IMG/VR virus record: IMGVR_UViG_3300035228_000525
Span: 1 to 59,138 of that record
Reading direction: 5' to 3' (one strand)
DNA: 59,138 bases
Source of the DNA: a virus
Lineage: Duplodnaviria; Caudoviricetes
The first letter of the stretch is position 1. Each line of letters begins with the position of its first letter. The notes below the pieces were generated by a model. That model was given only the letters and a program-made list of their open reading frames with translations. It was not told where the DNA came from and did not search any database. A program made the translations under genes and the position numbers. This document shows, one piece after another, positions 19,587 to 31,500 of the stretch.

Positions 19587-22500
19587 CTATGCAACTTCAT
19601 TATTATGACTAGTTAATGTCTGTGATAAAGTAAATGTTCCTGCTGTTAGTTTATAAATGTAAACTTTGCCTTGTGAGCTTGCAACTGAGTTATTATAAGG
19701 TTCACCTACAGCAATTAACGTACCGTCTGCACTAATTGATATTGCATCGCCAAACCCAGTAAGAGTATCTGTACTCACATCAGTGTATGGTCCCTCAATT
19801 GTTTGTGATATAGTAAACTGCCCGTTAACTTGACGATAAACATTAACTGCTCTAGCTCCTGTACTATCATTACCTTGTATCTTAGTGCTTGTAATTAATA
19901 CTTGTCCTGTTTTATCTTGATCAAACTTCTTAGCAAAGTCTCTAATTCCGCCTTCTGGAGTATAAATTCCTTCTCCTATAACTAATTGTTCTGGCGTACT
20001 TGGTATATACCCAACATGCGTAGTAGTACTAGATAATTTAGTCCAGTTTGTTGTAGAAAATGCTGACCCACTAGCAATGTTTTGATTTGCACTATATAAT
20101 TCTTTATTATATGATACAATTTCGTCTACTTTATAGAATGTAGTTACACTAAACTGGCCTCTAAATAATGGATTAATATCTAATTGCCAGTCATAATTTA
20201 CAAAAGTATTTCCAACAGTATTTTCACGTCCGTTTTTAATAAAATGTATACTACCTGGATTAGATTCAGTATCATTTCCGTTTGAAGCAACTGCAACTCT
20301 ATAAAGTGCATTAACTCCTGTACCGGTTTGTGTTACTTGTATTTCATCACCAAATTTCTTATAGTGCTCTCTTTCAGGTATTACATAAGAATTATTATGT
20401 TCAAACTGATTTACTTCACTAATTGAGTATATTGAAATCATACCTTCTTGTGTTAATCCACTTCCGGTAGCATTTGTACTATTGCTTGCAATTAAATTAT
20501 TTACTTGTGACCAGTCATTATTATTACTTGACGGAATGTTAGCACCTCTAGCAATACCTTGTAGTGTAATTTCATTATAGATCCAATATTCTTTATCTAG
20601 TAGCTGTGTAATAGCAACATTAGCAAAGTTAGTTGTTTCTGTTATAACAAATATTTTTCCAACTTCTGAAGTTCCTAGCGAAACATTTTTAATTTCGCCC
20701 ATTGTTCTGTCTGGAGTTCCTTGTCTAATAATATCAGATGTTTGTCCCCAATTATCACCTAAACTCCAATTTCCAGTAGTATTTTTAACATACAATCTTA
20801 CATCATTAAACTGTCTTTTATAGAATACAACTTCTGCTGTTGCGCCACTTGATGCATCTCTGACTATATCACCAACTGCTGGTTCAAAAGGTAACTGATT
20901 TAGTGTACTAAAATTATCAAATACGAAATCAATATATCCGTCCCATACATCAGCAATAGTATGTTGCTTATTAAGTATATCAAATGTAAATGCTGTACCT
21001 GTTAAGTCTACTAAACCGCTTTGATTGTCGACCTTAAGAAAGAATTGGTCTCCTATAGTCTTTACATCTGAAAATACTTTAGGAACTCTTATTGCCCATT
21101 GATTAGAAGTTTGAACTCCGAATACTTCTCCCGGGTCGCCCTCATAAGTAAAACTTTCAATAAACGATATTTGATCGTTTGCTGATGTTTTTGCTCCAAT
21201 AGCTTGTATATTATCTTGTATATTATAAAAATAATTTGGCGTTCTGCCTGAATTTTCTTTAATAACATCTACATATATTAATCCTTGCCCCGGATCTACA
21301 AATATATTAGAACTATCTGCTGATGTTTCATAAGCAGGTGTTGTTATCATCCAATATCCGCCGACATTACTTGAAGGATTTACGTAATCTTCAGTATAAT
21401 CTCCAACTGCAATCTCATTAATAAACAACTGTCCTGTTGATGCAAATGTTCCATTTACATCTTTTACGTATACTATTGCGGCTCCGTCTGCATCGCCAAC
21501 ATAAGCTACTGTGCCACTAGCAACTGCACTATTTACTGTTTGTCCTACACCTGGTAAGTTTTGGAAGTTTGCAATATGTAATACATTCTCAACTTTATTA
21601 ACAATAGGATGCGTATCTGTTAAAAACGCACCAGTTATTGGTGCAAATTGTCCGTCAAATGGTTCTACAGCAACATTATATCCTTGAATATTTAAGTTAC
21701 TATAAGTATTCCATTTTAATACAATACTGTCGCCTTCTTTAGATCCTTCGTATGCTTGCTTAGGTGCTCTTACTAATAAATGAGTTGTGTTTGGCTTACT
21801 GTTAAGTTTATAGTTGCCAGTTTGGAGCAAATTAAGTAGTGTACTATCAGTATCAGAAACTATATCAGCATAAGAATCAAAAGTAGTATACGGAATAGAT
21901 CCAACTGCGCCGTCGATAACTGCTACTGCTTTAAACAAGTTAGGACCATATTTTATTATATCATTTTTATTATAGTTACTACCTTCGATATAGGTACCTT
22001 TATATGCAGTTTTTACATTACTTGCATGAGGTGATCCAATAATTAAATACTTTCCGTCTGGACTGAACGAAACACTTTCGCCAAATTTCTGTGATGTAAT
22101 TTCTGTACTTCCGTCATATGTGTCAACATATGTTGAAGGAGCACTAATTGTTTGATCAAATACTAAATTATTTGCATCACTTGAACGTTTATAAACATGC
22201 ACTTCGCCGTTTCCTTTATCAGGAATACCAATAGCTAATAATGTATTAGCTTCATTTGCAGTAATACTATGTCCAAAATTATGTTGAGTGCTATCTAATG
22301 GAAGACTACTTTTAAGTGTTTGTGCTTGAGTATATACTGGAGAGTTTTTAATAACTTTCCATTTTCCAGTATCATCATCATCGACCCAAATTACTTCTTT
22401 TGATTGTAAGTCTTTAGTACTTAAATTATTTGCATCTGATAATGTACTAACTCGTTGGGTTGAAAATTTTGTTATTATACCATTTAAATTAGTTAACGAA

Positions 22501-25500
22501 GCTAGTTTTTCCCAATCAGGAAGTTCTGATTCTATTTCAATTTTATTATTGAATACATCTGTAATAGTATAAAACGCCTCTACTGTTGTTGGAGCAGTAT
22601 CAGTTCCAACTATTTGATCTATATTATAAATTCCAATAATATCACCTATTGCAACATTAACTGTGTTATTACAATTAAGTGTTATAGTAGTAGATTCTTG
22701 CGTTATTGTTTGAATTATTAAATTACTATCAACATGCTTTAATACATTCCATGATTGATCGTCTGTTGCTACCCATACATATGCACCCTTGTCTATATCA
22801 CTAGTTGCAAAATTTAGTAATCCGGCAGTATTAGATACTGCTCTATTAACATCTTCGCCTGTAACATACCCAACTGTTTTTACATATTCGTCATTTAAAA
22901 ATTTTGTTGGCAGTCTGTTTGTTTCGTAATCTTTAGGTTTTAAAAATACATCATAATGCGGAATTCTATAAGTTAGATCTGTTGTTGCAGTTGGTACAAC
23001 GTCTACTAGCTCAATTGGTTGTGGCTCAAGTCTAAATTTAGCCTCGTCTAATTGATATTCAATTTCTTCAAATCCATCACTTGCACCGTATTGTGCAGAT
23101 TTAATAGCCCATTCTTCATAAAAGTCAACACTATCTTTATCAGCACTTGCTAAACTATCAAATAATTTATCAATAGCATTTCTTGTACCTTTATCAGCTA
23201 TCATTCCTTGATAAAATTTATATTGACTTACTTCGTCATTAATAATGTTTTCTAAATATTGTCTTTTTTGGTAGCCAATTAAATGCTGTGCCATTTTTTG
23301 TTGATCTGAATCAAAATTATCTGAATCAAGATCGTAAAAGTCAGAAAATTGATTAATTCTATAATCAAAGTTTGTTAGCAGTTTTGTATCTGGCTTTTTA
23401 TCTAATCGAGCCCAGTTTAAGGGATCAAATATTTCTGTTCCTGTAATATTAGTCGTTGCACTATAATAAAATTCTTTGTATTTTACTACATCACCAATAG
23501 CAAAATCAGTCCATTGTGCCCAATTAACTACTTTAGCAGAATCAAATATAAATCCAGGAATATTAAGACTACCAGTCCATCCAGCGGCTACATATCCTAA
23601 TACTTTAATTCTTTCTTGTCGATATCCTGTAGCAGGACTGTATATTACATCTTCAAATACTGATTTATTATCTAAAACTGCAACATGTTCATATTGCACT
23701 TGAGGGAGAATTGAATGATAAAGTCCATCAGCAGTATTTTTAAGTTGTATTACAAAGTTTCCACTGTCTCTGTTTAATCTTGTAAGATCTTCAGTTATTT
23801 TTTGACCGCTGGCATTTAAAATACTATAATCATAAAAGCTATCATATAAGTTATCAATTACAGAAAATGTTGAATTAAATTCTAATTTTGAAGCCGATGG
23901 ACTAATTGCTAAAACTGTCCCGGCCGCCCAATTTTGTGTGGTAAAATATAGAAATTCTTTTGTACTTAATTTCCAATCTTCAACAACTTGTGATTCTTTA
24001 TTATAGTAATCAAATTTAAATCCTACAGATTCTAAATAATTTCCGTAGCCTAAGATAAAATCAACTACATCTTGTATTGATTCAAGTAACGTGCCATATG
24101 GTAAAACTTTAACATCTGTTTCAAAACTTTTTCTATATACTGCGGTACGTCCACCAAGTGTAGGAAGTTCAGCCATTGGCTGAAATTTATCTGCTTCAAA
24201 ACTTGTAGTACTTGTATGCTCTGCTTTTACTCTGTAAAATTGACTATTATTTCTTACATTACTACCTACTAAGTATTTTTGCCCTGTTGACCATTCTAAG
24301 AAAGACTCTGATATCCCGCCAACATTAATATTTGGATCACTTATAGTTACTTGTGGTTCATTGTAATTAAACGTAGGGTTTGTATTATCGTATCCTCTAA
24401 CAATAAACCCACCTGGTGCTTTTTCAATCATTATACCACTATAAGATGCTACCTTTAACGGAGAACTTTTATTTAAGAAAATGTTGTAATTCTCTGTTGG
24501 TAAGAATACGTTTCCTTTATTAAATGGAGTTCTGCTATCTAGTATAAATTTTAATTTTTCTTTATCAGTAAATGACCCTAGCTTAATACCTAATTGATTT
24601 TTAATTAATTTAAAATTTTCTTTATAAGTTGAAACATCTGTTGTTCCTTCACTAGCTAAGTAATCAACAATATAATTAATTAATCCTGATGTATGAGTTA
24701 TAGTAGTATCAGTTGCAACTGTTGGTAATACTAAATCTTTAGATGATAATGATTTTTCAGTTGTAGAATATATCCATTGACCTGATAACGACTTATTCAT
24801 CCTAGATAGATCAAATCCTAATCCCATTATTTTATGAGGTTGATTTAATATCCAAGACTTAATTAAACTAAATGGATATTCTCCACTACGTCTCCAAGCA
24901 GTTTCTGTAGGGCCTTCGTCGCCAAACTTTAGAGAAGATGCAATTGATGACGGAACAAATCCTGATGTAAATCCTGCTTCTTGTGGACTTAATAGCTGTC
25001 CAGATTCATTAACTGGAATATGTTTAAGTAATTCTTTTCTTTTATATTTTTTAATAAATTCTGCAGGAACATTAGGTGCTTTAATCTTACCTTCTTGTAT
25101 ATCTTCCCACATTACTAAGTTATTACTTGTATAAGGTGCAGGACCATATTGTGTTTCCCACCAAGTAGGCATAATTGTAAAGCCTAACATCTCCCAAGGA
25201 TGGCTATGGGGTCTATCTGTATCGTATGCTTGTTTATATACAGATCTCCAAAATCCGTTAACATTTGTCTCGTCTCGTGTAGACATCTCTGAATAGTTCC
25301 ATGTAAAACTATTAGCTCTAGTATAAAAATCTGTAGTTGAAGTATAGTTTAATCCGCCTAGGCTTTCTGACCACTGTACAAAATCACGCATCATTGCATT
25401 GTCTATTTGTGTTTTAGTAAATTTTGTATTTCTATCGTTACTTGGCACAAAATTGTGTATATCTAATCTAGTAGTATCATATGTTATTTTAATATTATTA

Positions 25501-28500
25501 AAAATTCTTTTTTCTAATTCTAATAATAACTGATCTCTATAGTCCATGAACGCTATTGTTTTACTGCCGTCGTGACCTTGTATTACTCGTGTAGTTGTTT
25601 GGTAGGTATCATCTTCTATTATTTCTGGATGATATGAAGGATATAATCCTAACTTAGTTGGAGTTGGTGGAATAAAACTTCCGGCTGTATTTTCATACTC
25701 AAATATTTCAATTAAATCATTTTTAGTTTTAGTTGCTGTTATAACAGCAAATCCATCTGTATTAAATGTATAATCTTTATTATGTATTAATTGAACACCG
25801 TTTTGATAAATTGTAACTGCTTTTGATGAAAGTGTATTTAAATCATATACTTGGCTTAATGAAAAGAAATTATTTTCTGAATCATAAACTACAAATTCTA
25901 AACGCTTGTAACCTTCACCAGGAACCATATCACTAAAACGATAAGGATCAGTATCTATTTTATCTTTATGATATTCATGTAATATTTTATCAACATGTTG
26001 CTTTACTGGTCCATCATAACCCAACGTTTCGGCTATTTGTAAAAAAGATCTTTTAAATTTTCTATATTCTTTTCTAGCAAAATCAATTGCTTTAATTATG
26101 TTTGCATCTTTATCAGTAGCATGATATACATTTATATTTGGTGACCCTGCATACTGTAAAAACTTTTTACCATAAGATGATATATTACCAAGACTTGCAA
26201 TATTACTTACTCCAGGAAATATTCCTGTAAACCCTGGTAAGTCTTCTATCATAGTATTAACATGGTCATTTACTTCTCCTAGTGTAAATGTACTAAGATT
26301 TTCATTTTCTGGATTTTTTTCCATTGCATGTGGAAATTCGTAGTGCCCGTTAGCATTTTTAATTGTATCACTATTAGTTTTAATTACTACACTGCTATTT
26401 ACAGGTATTGCTGTTGCAAATCTAACAGTCTTAACTCCGTTAACATCTACAAGAGTATAATCAAATCTCCAAGTATTATCAACTTGAACTGCACATTTTA
26501 GATCTGTAAGTGTACTACTGTTATCATAAACATCAATACTAAAATCTGTTTGTGCAGTAGTAACGTCATACTGTCTAATAACTTTTGAGACTGTATTTGT
26601 ATTAGCTTTCTTCCAACCATTACAATAAGTAAAACTATCAATATCTGTGTAAACTCTATAAAAGCCAGTATCAGACTTTTTAGATAAAGGTGTGTTATTA
26701 ATTTGATAATTAAACGTATCTGTTACTAAATTAAAATCAAAAGTTATATCACCTACATTTTCTAATGCTCTGTAAGTAATAGGAAATCCTAATTCAATGT
26801 CATTAGTGCCTGATCCAACTTTATAACTAAAGATTTTGTTACCACGGAAATCATTTACTGGATAAGTAGTTTCGTTGGTAAAACTAATACCATTATTATC
26901 AAATAATTCAAATAATGGTTGTTGATTTATTTTTGTTTTTAGTTGTGCTACTTTCCAATCAGTGCCATTATAATAATACTGTTTACCTGCATTAGTACCT
27001 TTAGTTATTAATGCAACCTGGTTAGTAATTGGCAATGTGTCGTCTTCTTCAATCAGTGCAATTTGCGTTACTGTTGAATTGTGTTTAATCATTTTAACTT
27101 TATAGATTCTATCTTTTACAAGTAGATCAGGATCAGCTACGAACAAAATACGCATGCCGTCAGTAATATCAACACCGTCAATATTATAACCTTCTCTACC
27201 ATTAATAGTTGAAAATACATCAGTAGTAAATGTATCTATAAGATCTACATTTTCTGCTTTTGCTGATGTACCAAATTGATAAAGTTTCATTCCGGCATTA
27301 AATTCAAGAATTGGTCGTTTAGCTCTTGCACTTTGATCAATATTAAAAACTTGTCCATTTAGAGTTGCTGTTTTTTCAAGTACTGATTTATGAAACCATC
27401 GATTGTTTCTAGACCAAGCATTTTTATCAGGAGATGCTCTATTAATTACAACATAGTCCTTAGTTGCCGCATACGAACTAGCTGTTCCATATGGAAGGTT
27501 ATCAAAGTTATTTGCATCAAATAGCACTTCTATATCTTCTGAATATGTTTGAGGGATTATTAAATCTGTGTCTTGGATTAGTAAAATTTTATTACCTACT
27601 CCTTCAACATACCAAGAACCTGTTGCATATTTTTCAGGAGTAACTGTTCCTGTAAAATTAAGCTTCATTCCGTTCATTAATTCAGTACCGTTTGCACTAG
27701 TATAAGTTTTTTTACCTAGTATATCATCAGATATGTTAATAGATGTATTTGATTCAATTTCTGCAATTCTAAACATTCCGCCTGTATTAACATCTGTTTC
27801 TGAAACATAATACAATCTCTCAGGAGCATTTAGCGGAACAGTAAATGTTACAACACCATTGTCAACACCAGCGTTAGTAACTCCTGTTGCGTATTCATTG
27901 TCACTTTCAATCAATCTCGAAGTTCTTATTGTAAACGGAAGTCCAGGAGTACCTACATCAAATATATAAGTTTGTCCTCTATATAATTCTAATGTAGGAT
28001 TCTGTGTTAATTCACCATTAAATACGTAACCCTTATTTCCAGCATTATCAACGCTATTTACAGTATATGTACTTGTAACATCATCTGATTGTCCAAAAAT
28101 TGATATTGGAGCAGGACCACTTGGTAGCCAATAATACTCACGGAAGTTTGTAAGTTTATCCCAGTCTACGCTAGAATCCCAAGAGTAATATTCTTGACTA
28201 TTGAATAAACTTTCATTAGTAGTAGTACCACCTAATATATCAAGCTGATTTCTAAAATCATTATAATCTTTATAAAATAAAACATTATTCAATATATCTT
28301 TAGAAACTAATGCAGGCTCTAATTGATAATTAGTTCTATTAGCGTTAACATCGCCTAGATAGATATCTGTCGGTGAGTATGCCGGAGCTGTTTTTCTACC
28401 AAGATAACCATTTAATTTTTTAGCTGTACCAGGCTTTGTAACCTGATCGAGTGTAGAATTTAAAAATTTTTCATTACTTTCTGTACGAAAGTATTTTGGT

Positions 28501-28574
28501 AATAGTTCAGCGGACTTTCTATCAGATTTACCATTAACTGGTAGTGGATAGTCCTTTTGATCATCGTACGCCAT
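19587..28574 (-). CDS. Giant virion/baseplate wedge-associated protein, N-terminal part (2995 aa)
   Basis: N-terminal LLPKYFRT..FL, NPTLELYRGQTYIF, four CBM5/12-like W/Y...Y..GD.V.Y motifs and FG-GAP-like repeats. Follows gp6 by TAATG overlap, the position of T4 gp7. Confidence 0.8.
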   Translation of the reverse strand: MAYDDQKDYPLPVNGKSDRKSAELLPKYFRTESNEKFLNSTLDQVTKPGTAKKLNGYLGRKTAPAYSPTDIYLGDVNANRTNYQLEPALVSKDILNNVLFYKDYNDFRNQLDILGGTTTNESLFNSQEYYSWDSSVDWDKLTNFREYYWLPSGPAPISIFGQSDDVTSTYTVNSVDNAGNKGYVFNGELTQNPTLELYRGQTYIFDVGTPGLPFTIRTSRLIESDNEYATGVTNAGVDNGVVTFTVPLNAPERLYYVSETDVNTGGMFRIAEIESNTSINISDDILGKKTYTSANGTELMNGMKLNFTGTVTPEKYATGSWYVEGVGNKILLIQDTDLIIPQTYSEDIEVLFDANNFDNLPYGTASSYAATKDYVVINRASPDKNAWSRNNRWFHKSVLEKTATLNGQVFNIDQSARAKRPILEFNAGMKLYQFGTSAKAENVDLIDTFTTDVFSTINGREGYNIDGVDITDGMRILFVADPDLLVKDRIYKVKMIKHNSTVTQIALIEEDDTLPITNQVALITKGTNAGKQYYYNGTDWKVAQLKTKINQQPLFELFDNNGISFTNETTYPVNDFRGNKIFSYKVGSGTNDIELGFPITYRALENVGDITFDFNLVTDTFNYQINNTPLSKKSDTGFYRVYTDIDSFTYCNGWKKANTNTVSKVIRQYDVTTAQTDFSIDVYDNSSTLTDLKCAVQVDNTWRFDYTLVDVNGVKTVRFATAIPVNSSVVIKTNSDTIKNANGHYEFPHAMEKNPENENLSTFTLGEVNDHVNTMIEDLPGFTGIFPGVSNIASLGNISSYGKKFLQYAGSPNINVYHATDKDANIIKAIDFARKEYRKFKRSFLQIAETLGYDGPVKQHVDKILHEYHKDKIDTDPYRFSDMVPGEGYKRLEFVVYDSENNFFSLSQVYDLNTLSSKAVTIYQNGVQLIHNKDYTFNTDGFAVITATKTKNDLIEIFEYENTAGSFIPPTPTKLGLYPSYHPEIIEDDTYQTTTRVIQGHDGSKTIAFMDYRDQLLLELEKRIFNNIKITYDTTRLDIHNFVPSNDRNTKFTKTQIDNAMMRDFVQWSESLGGLNYTSTTDFYTRANSFTWNYSEMSTRDETNVNGFWRSVYKQAYDTDRPHSHPWEMLGFTIMPTWWETQYGPAPYTSNNLVMWEDIQEGKIKAPNVPAEFIKKYKRKELLKHIPVNESGQLLSPQEAGFTSGFVPSSIASSLKFGDEGPTETAWRRSGEYPFSLIKSWILNQPHKIMGLGFDLSRMNKSLSGQWIYSTTEKSLSSKDLVLPTVATDTTITHTSGLINYIVDYLASEGTTDVSTYKENFKLIKNQLGIKLGSFTDKEKLKFILDSRTPFNKGNVFLPTENYNIFLNKSSPLKVASYSGIMIEKAPGGFIVRGYDNTNPTFNYNEPQVTISDPNINVGGISESFLEWSTGQKYLVGSNVRNNSQFYRVKAEHTSTTSFEADKFQPMAELPTLGGRTAVYRKSFETDVKVLPYGTLLESIQDVVDFILGYGNYLESVGFKFDYYNKESQVVEDWKLSTKEFLYFTTQNWAAGTVLAISPSASKLEFNSTFSVIDNLYDSFYDYSILNASGQKITEDLTRLNRDSGNFVIQLKNTADGLYHSILPQVQYEHVAVLDNKSVFEDVIYSPATGYRQERIKVLGYVAAGWTGSLNIPGFIFDSAKVVNWAQWTDFAIGDVVKYKEFYYSATTNITGTEIFDPLNWARLDKKPDTKLLTNFDYRINQFSDFYDLDSDNFDSDQQKMAQHLIGYQKRQYLENIINDEVSQYKFYQGMIADKGTRNAIDKLFDSLASADKDSVDFYEEWAIKSAQYGASDGFEEIEYQLDEAKFRLEPQPIELVDVVPTATTDLTYRIPHYDVFLKPKDYETNRLPTKFLNDEYVKTVGYVTGEDVNRAVSNTAGLLNFATSDIDKGAYVWVATDDQSWNVLKHVDSNLIIQTITQESTTITLNCNNTVNVAIGDIIGIYNIDQIVGTDTAPTTVEAFYTITDVFNNKIEIESELPDWEKLASLTNLNGIITKFSTQRVSTLSDANNLSTKDLQSKEVIWVDDDDTGKWKVIKNSPVYTQAQTLKSSLPLDSTQHNFGHSITANEANTLLAIGIPDKGNGEVHVYKRSSDANNLVFDQTISAPSTYVDTYDGSTEITSQKFGESVSFSPDGKYLIIGSPHASNVKTAYKGTYIEGSNYNKNDIIKYGPNLFKAVAVIDGAVGSIPYTTFDSYADIVSDTDSTLLNLLQTGNYKLNSKPNTTHLLVRAPKQAYEGSKEGDSIVLKWNTYSNLNIQGYNVAVEPFDGQFAPITGAFLTDTHPIVNKVENVLHIANFQNLPGVGQTVNSAVASGTVAYVGDADGAAIVYVKDVNGTFASTGQLFINEIAVGDYTEDYVNPSSNVGGYWMITTPAYETSADSSNIFVDPGQGLIYVDVIKENSGRTPNYFYNIQDNIQAIGAKTSANDQISFIESFTYEGDPGEVFGVQTSNQWAIRVPKVFSDVKTIGDQFFLKVDNQSGLVDLTGTAFTFDILNKQHTIADVWDGYIDFVFDNFSTLNQLPFEPAVGDIVRDASSGATAEVVFYKRQFNDVRLYVKNTTGNWSLGDNWGQTSDIIRQGTPDRTMGEIKNVSLGTSEVGKIFVITETTNFANVAITQLLDKEYWIYNEITLQGIARGANIPSSNNNDWSQVNNLIASNSTNATGSGLTQEGMISIYSISEVNQFEHNNSYVIPEREHYKKFGDEIQVTQTGTGVNALYRVAVASNGNDTESNPGSIHFIKNGRENTVGNTFVNYDWQLDINPLFRGQFSVTTFYKVDEIVSYNKELYSANQNIASGSAFSTTNWTKLSSTTTHVGYIPSTPEQLVIGEGIYTPEGGIRDFAKKFDQDKTGQVLITSTKIQGNDSTGARAVNVYRQVNGQFTISQTIEGPYTDVSTDTLTGFGDAISISADGTLIAVGEPYNNSVASSQGKVYIYKLTAGTFTLSQTLTSHNNEVA

Positions 28575-31500
28575 TAGTAACTATATCCTCCGCTACTGCT
28601 ACTGCTACTGCTACTGCTACTGCTACTGCTACTGCTCGAGCCGCTATTTGAATTAATAGTAGTGTTATAAGAACTACTAGAACTTTGTATTCCAGTATTT
28701 GCTGTTTCTGTACTTGCTGTTACAACGTTGCCTGTTGCTTTTAATCTAGTTGCTGTTATGCTATCTATAATGTCTACATCTGCAACTGTTGCTCCACTTA
28801 TAAAAATTTCATCTGACTCTGACTTAATTTCGTATAATGATCCAAATGCTTGTGTGTCTTCATTTGGAACAATTACTATAGAACTAATATTAGGTGCAAG
28901 CTGATTCATTATATACGTTGATAATTCTGAAAAGTAAAATGATTCGCCAAATTCCCAATTCTCTAAACTAAAATATTCATTTATTGCGTTTATTACATTT
29001 GATTTAATTTCATTATCATTTGTAACTGTTTCTACATTTTTTACAATTTTAAAGGTTGCTTGCAAACTAGCCTCCGCTGATGGACCAAAAAGTATTTTAT
29101 ACTTTACTGGATGATAAATTACTTCATCACTAATAGATTTAATTTTATCTAACGCAACACCATAACTTCTATAAAGTTGATCGCTACTTGGCGGCATTGG
29201 TTTTACTGCAATATCTCCGTTAAGCCATTGTCTATAACTGTTATCATATAAACGAGTCAACATGTAAATATCTATTAAATTTGTACTACTAGGATCAATT
29301 CTTTTATTATTGTCTGCGGCATGTACGTACCTAAATTTTAAATCTGATCTTCCTAAAAATGCTTTATAAGTTGATATTTGTGTTAATGTAAGTTTATCAG
29401 TTGATAGTTGCTTAAATAATCCAGTATCAATGTAGTAAAAAACTTCTAATGCATCATAAGAACTATATGCATTCATTGCCGATTCAGTTGTTAGTACACT
29501 AATATTTTCGACGTTTGCTTTTACATATTTGAAATCTTCAACTCCATCAGTAGTAGTATATTTTTTCTCGAAAATATATTTTGTAGTCGGTGATATTGTT
29601 TCTTGTACAATATCAATAAACGAATTTGGGTTATCAACAACACCATCATCGTCGTCATCAAAGAAAGATATTTCTACTTTTTTGGTATCGACATATCCAT
29701 CATTGTCTCTATATTCTTTTGTAATTTCAAAATTATAATCTTTTGTAAAAGGAGTAGTACTACCGGGTAGAGTATTAATACTTAATACTTCAATTTTATC
29801 TTTAATAATTTTTCCTGTTTTATTATCATAAATTTTATCACTACTGTCATAATAAAATTTAATCTCATTATCACTTTCATATACATAACGCATTGCTCTA
29901 TATGTAATATCGTATTTTTCGCCATCAGTTTTAAACCACAGTAACCAACTTGCATCTAAATTTTGACTACTAACATCACCTGTTTTACCTGTACTAAATG
30001 GACTAGTAGTATTTAGGTTTACTTCTGTAATAATTCTCCATTGTCTAGTAGATACATCGTATCGCAAGCCAAAAGTATTATTAGCAAACGCTTGATCAAT
30101 AATTTGTGTTTTAACAGAATTAAGTATTTTTGTACTTAATTTAGGTCTAATCTCTGTTAATAATGCAGTTGATGGAATACTGTCATTTAATACTATTGGT
30201 CCTAAACCTGCTGTAGTATTTGTTGTGCCGTCACCATTAACACTGATTACTTTTACCCATTTGTAAGTTAAAGACCCAGGGTGATTGGCATCTCCTATCA
30301 TAAGTGTAGTTTTGTCACCTACCATAAAATGATACCCTGCAGGTGCTTCAAATTTTAGTAGTGACCCTGCTTCTAACAAACTAAGATTATTAGCTGTAAA
30401 AGATCCTACTTTATATTTTGCATCACTTTCATCTATTAAATATCCTGTTCCTCTATTAGTATCTGTAGTAACCTGCACCCATTCTGCTTTTAAATCAGAC
30501 GTAATAATTTTTGTAAAATTTGTAAGGTAGTAATTTAAAACTCTTCTGTCTTTTAATATTGGTTCTATTTTATTTGTAATAGCACTTTCAATATCTGTTT
30601 GTGTTGTGTAAGGAAAACTGTCTTTTTGAGTTAAATTTTCTTTATATATAATACCATCATTTGCAAATAAATTAGTACTACTATATTTTCCTGTAGAATC
30701 TAATAAGTCGTAGTATCTACTAATTCCGCTTGCAAACCTATTAACTGATTTAACTTTAATAATATCTTGACTTATACCTAATGGAGCAACATTGTAATCT
30801 TCTGCTGTAACCATTCTATTTTGTGTATAATATGTTGACGGAGCATTTTGTTTAATGCTATCGTTTGATTCACTAGTAGTACTATTAGACACTGTATATT
30901 TTAATTCTAAATTAAGTGTAATTGTTTCAATTACGTTACTTTTACTTAGATACGGAACTCTTACTTGTATTCCGGTCATGTCTTGCGGTTTAATTACATA
31001 TCTTTGATTATTACTAGTTCTATAAAAGACTTTAAATACACCTTTTGGTAATTCACCAAAAGTACCGTCGGAAAATACTAAACTAACTCTGTCACTTACT
31101 CTAGTAAGTACACTATATATTGTTCTAACTTTTTTACTAATGCTATTATAGATAACATTGTTGCCTTCAACAGCTTCAACTTTTGTCCAGTATTCTGCTT
31201 CTTGTCCTGACGAGTCTAATTTATATAACCATACATCGTCGTTGTTAATATTAGTTGCATCAATATCAATTATTTGATTTGTTGTAGGATTATTAACAAC
31301 AAATTGACCACTGTCAAGTGATCCTTGTTTGAACATACAAAAGAATCCTGTATTACTACTTGACGGTCCTTTGCCATCATCTTTAAATAAGTATGCAAAA
31401 CTATTTGCAGTTAGTGGAATTTCTTCTTGTATACTTTTTAAATCCGAATCAATATCTGTAGAAACAACTTCAAAATCTAAACTAGATCCTTGAACTGTTT

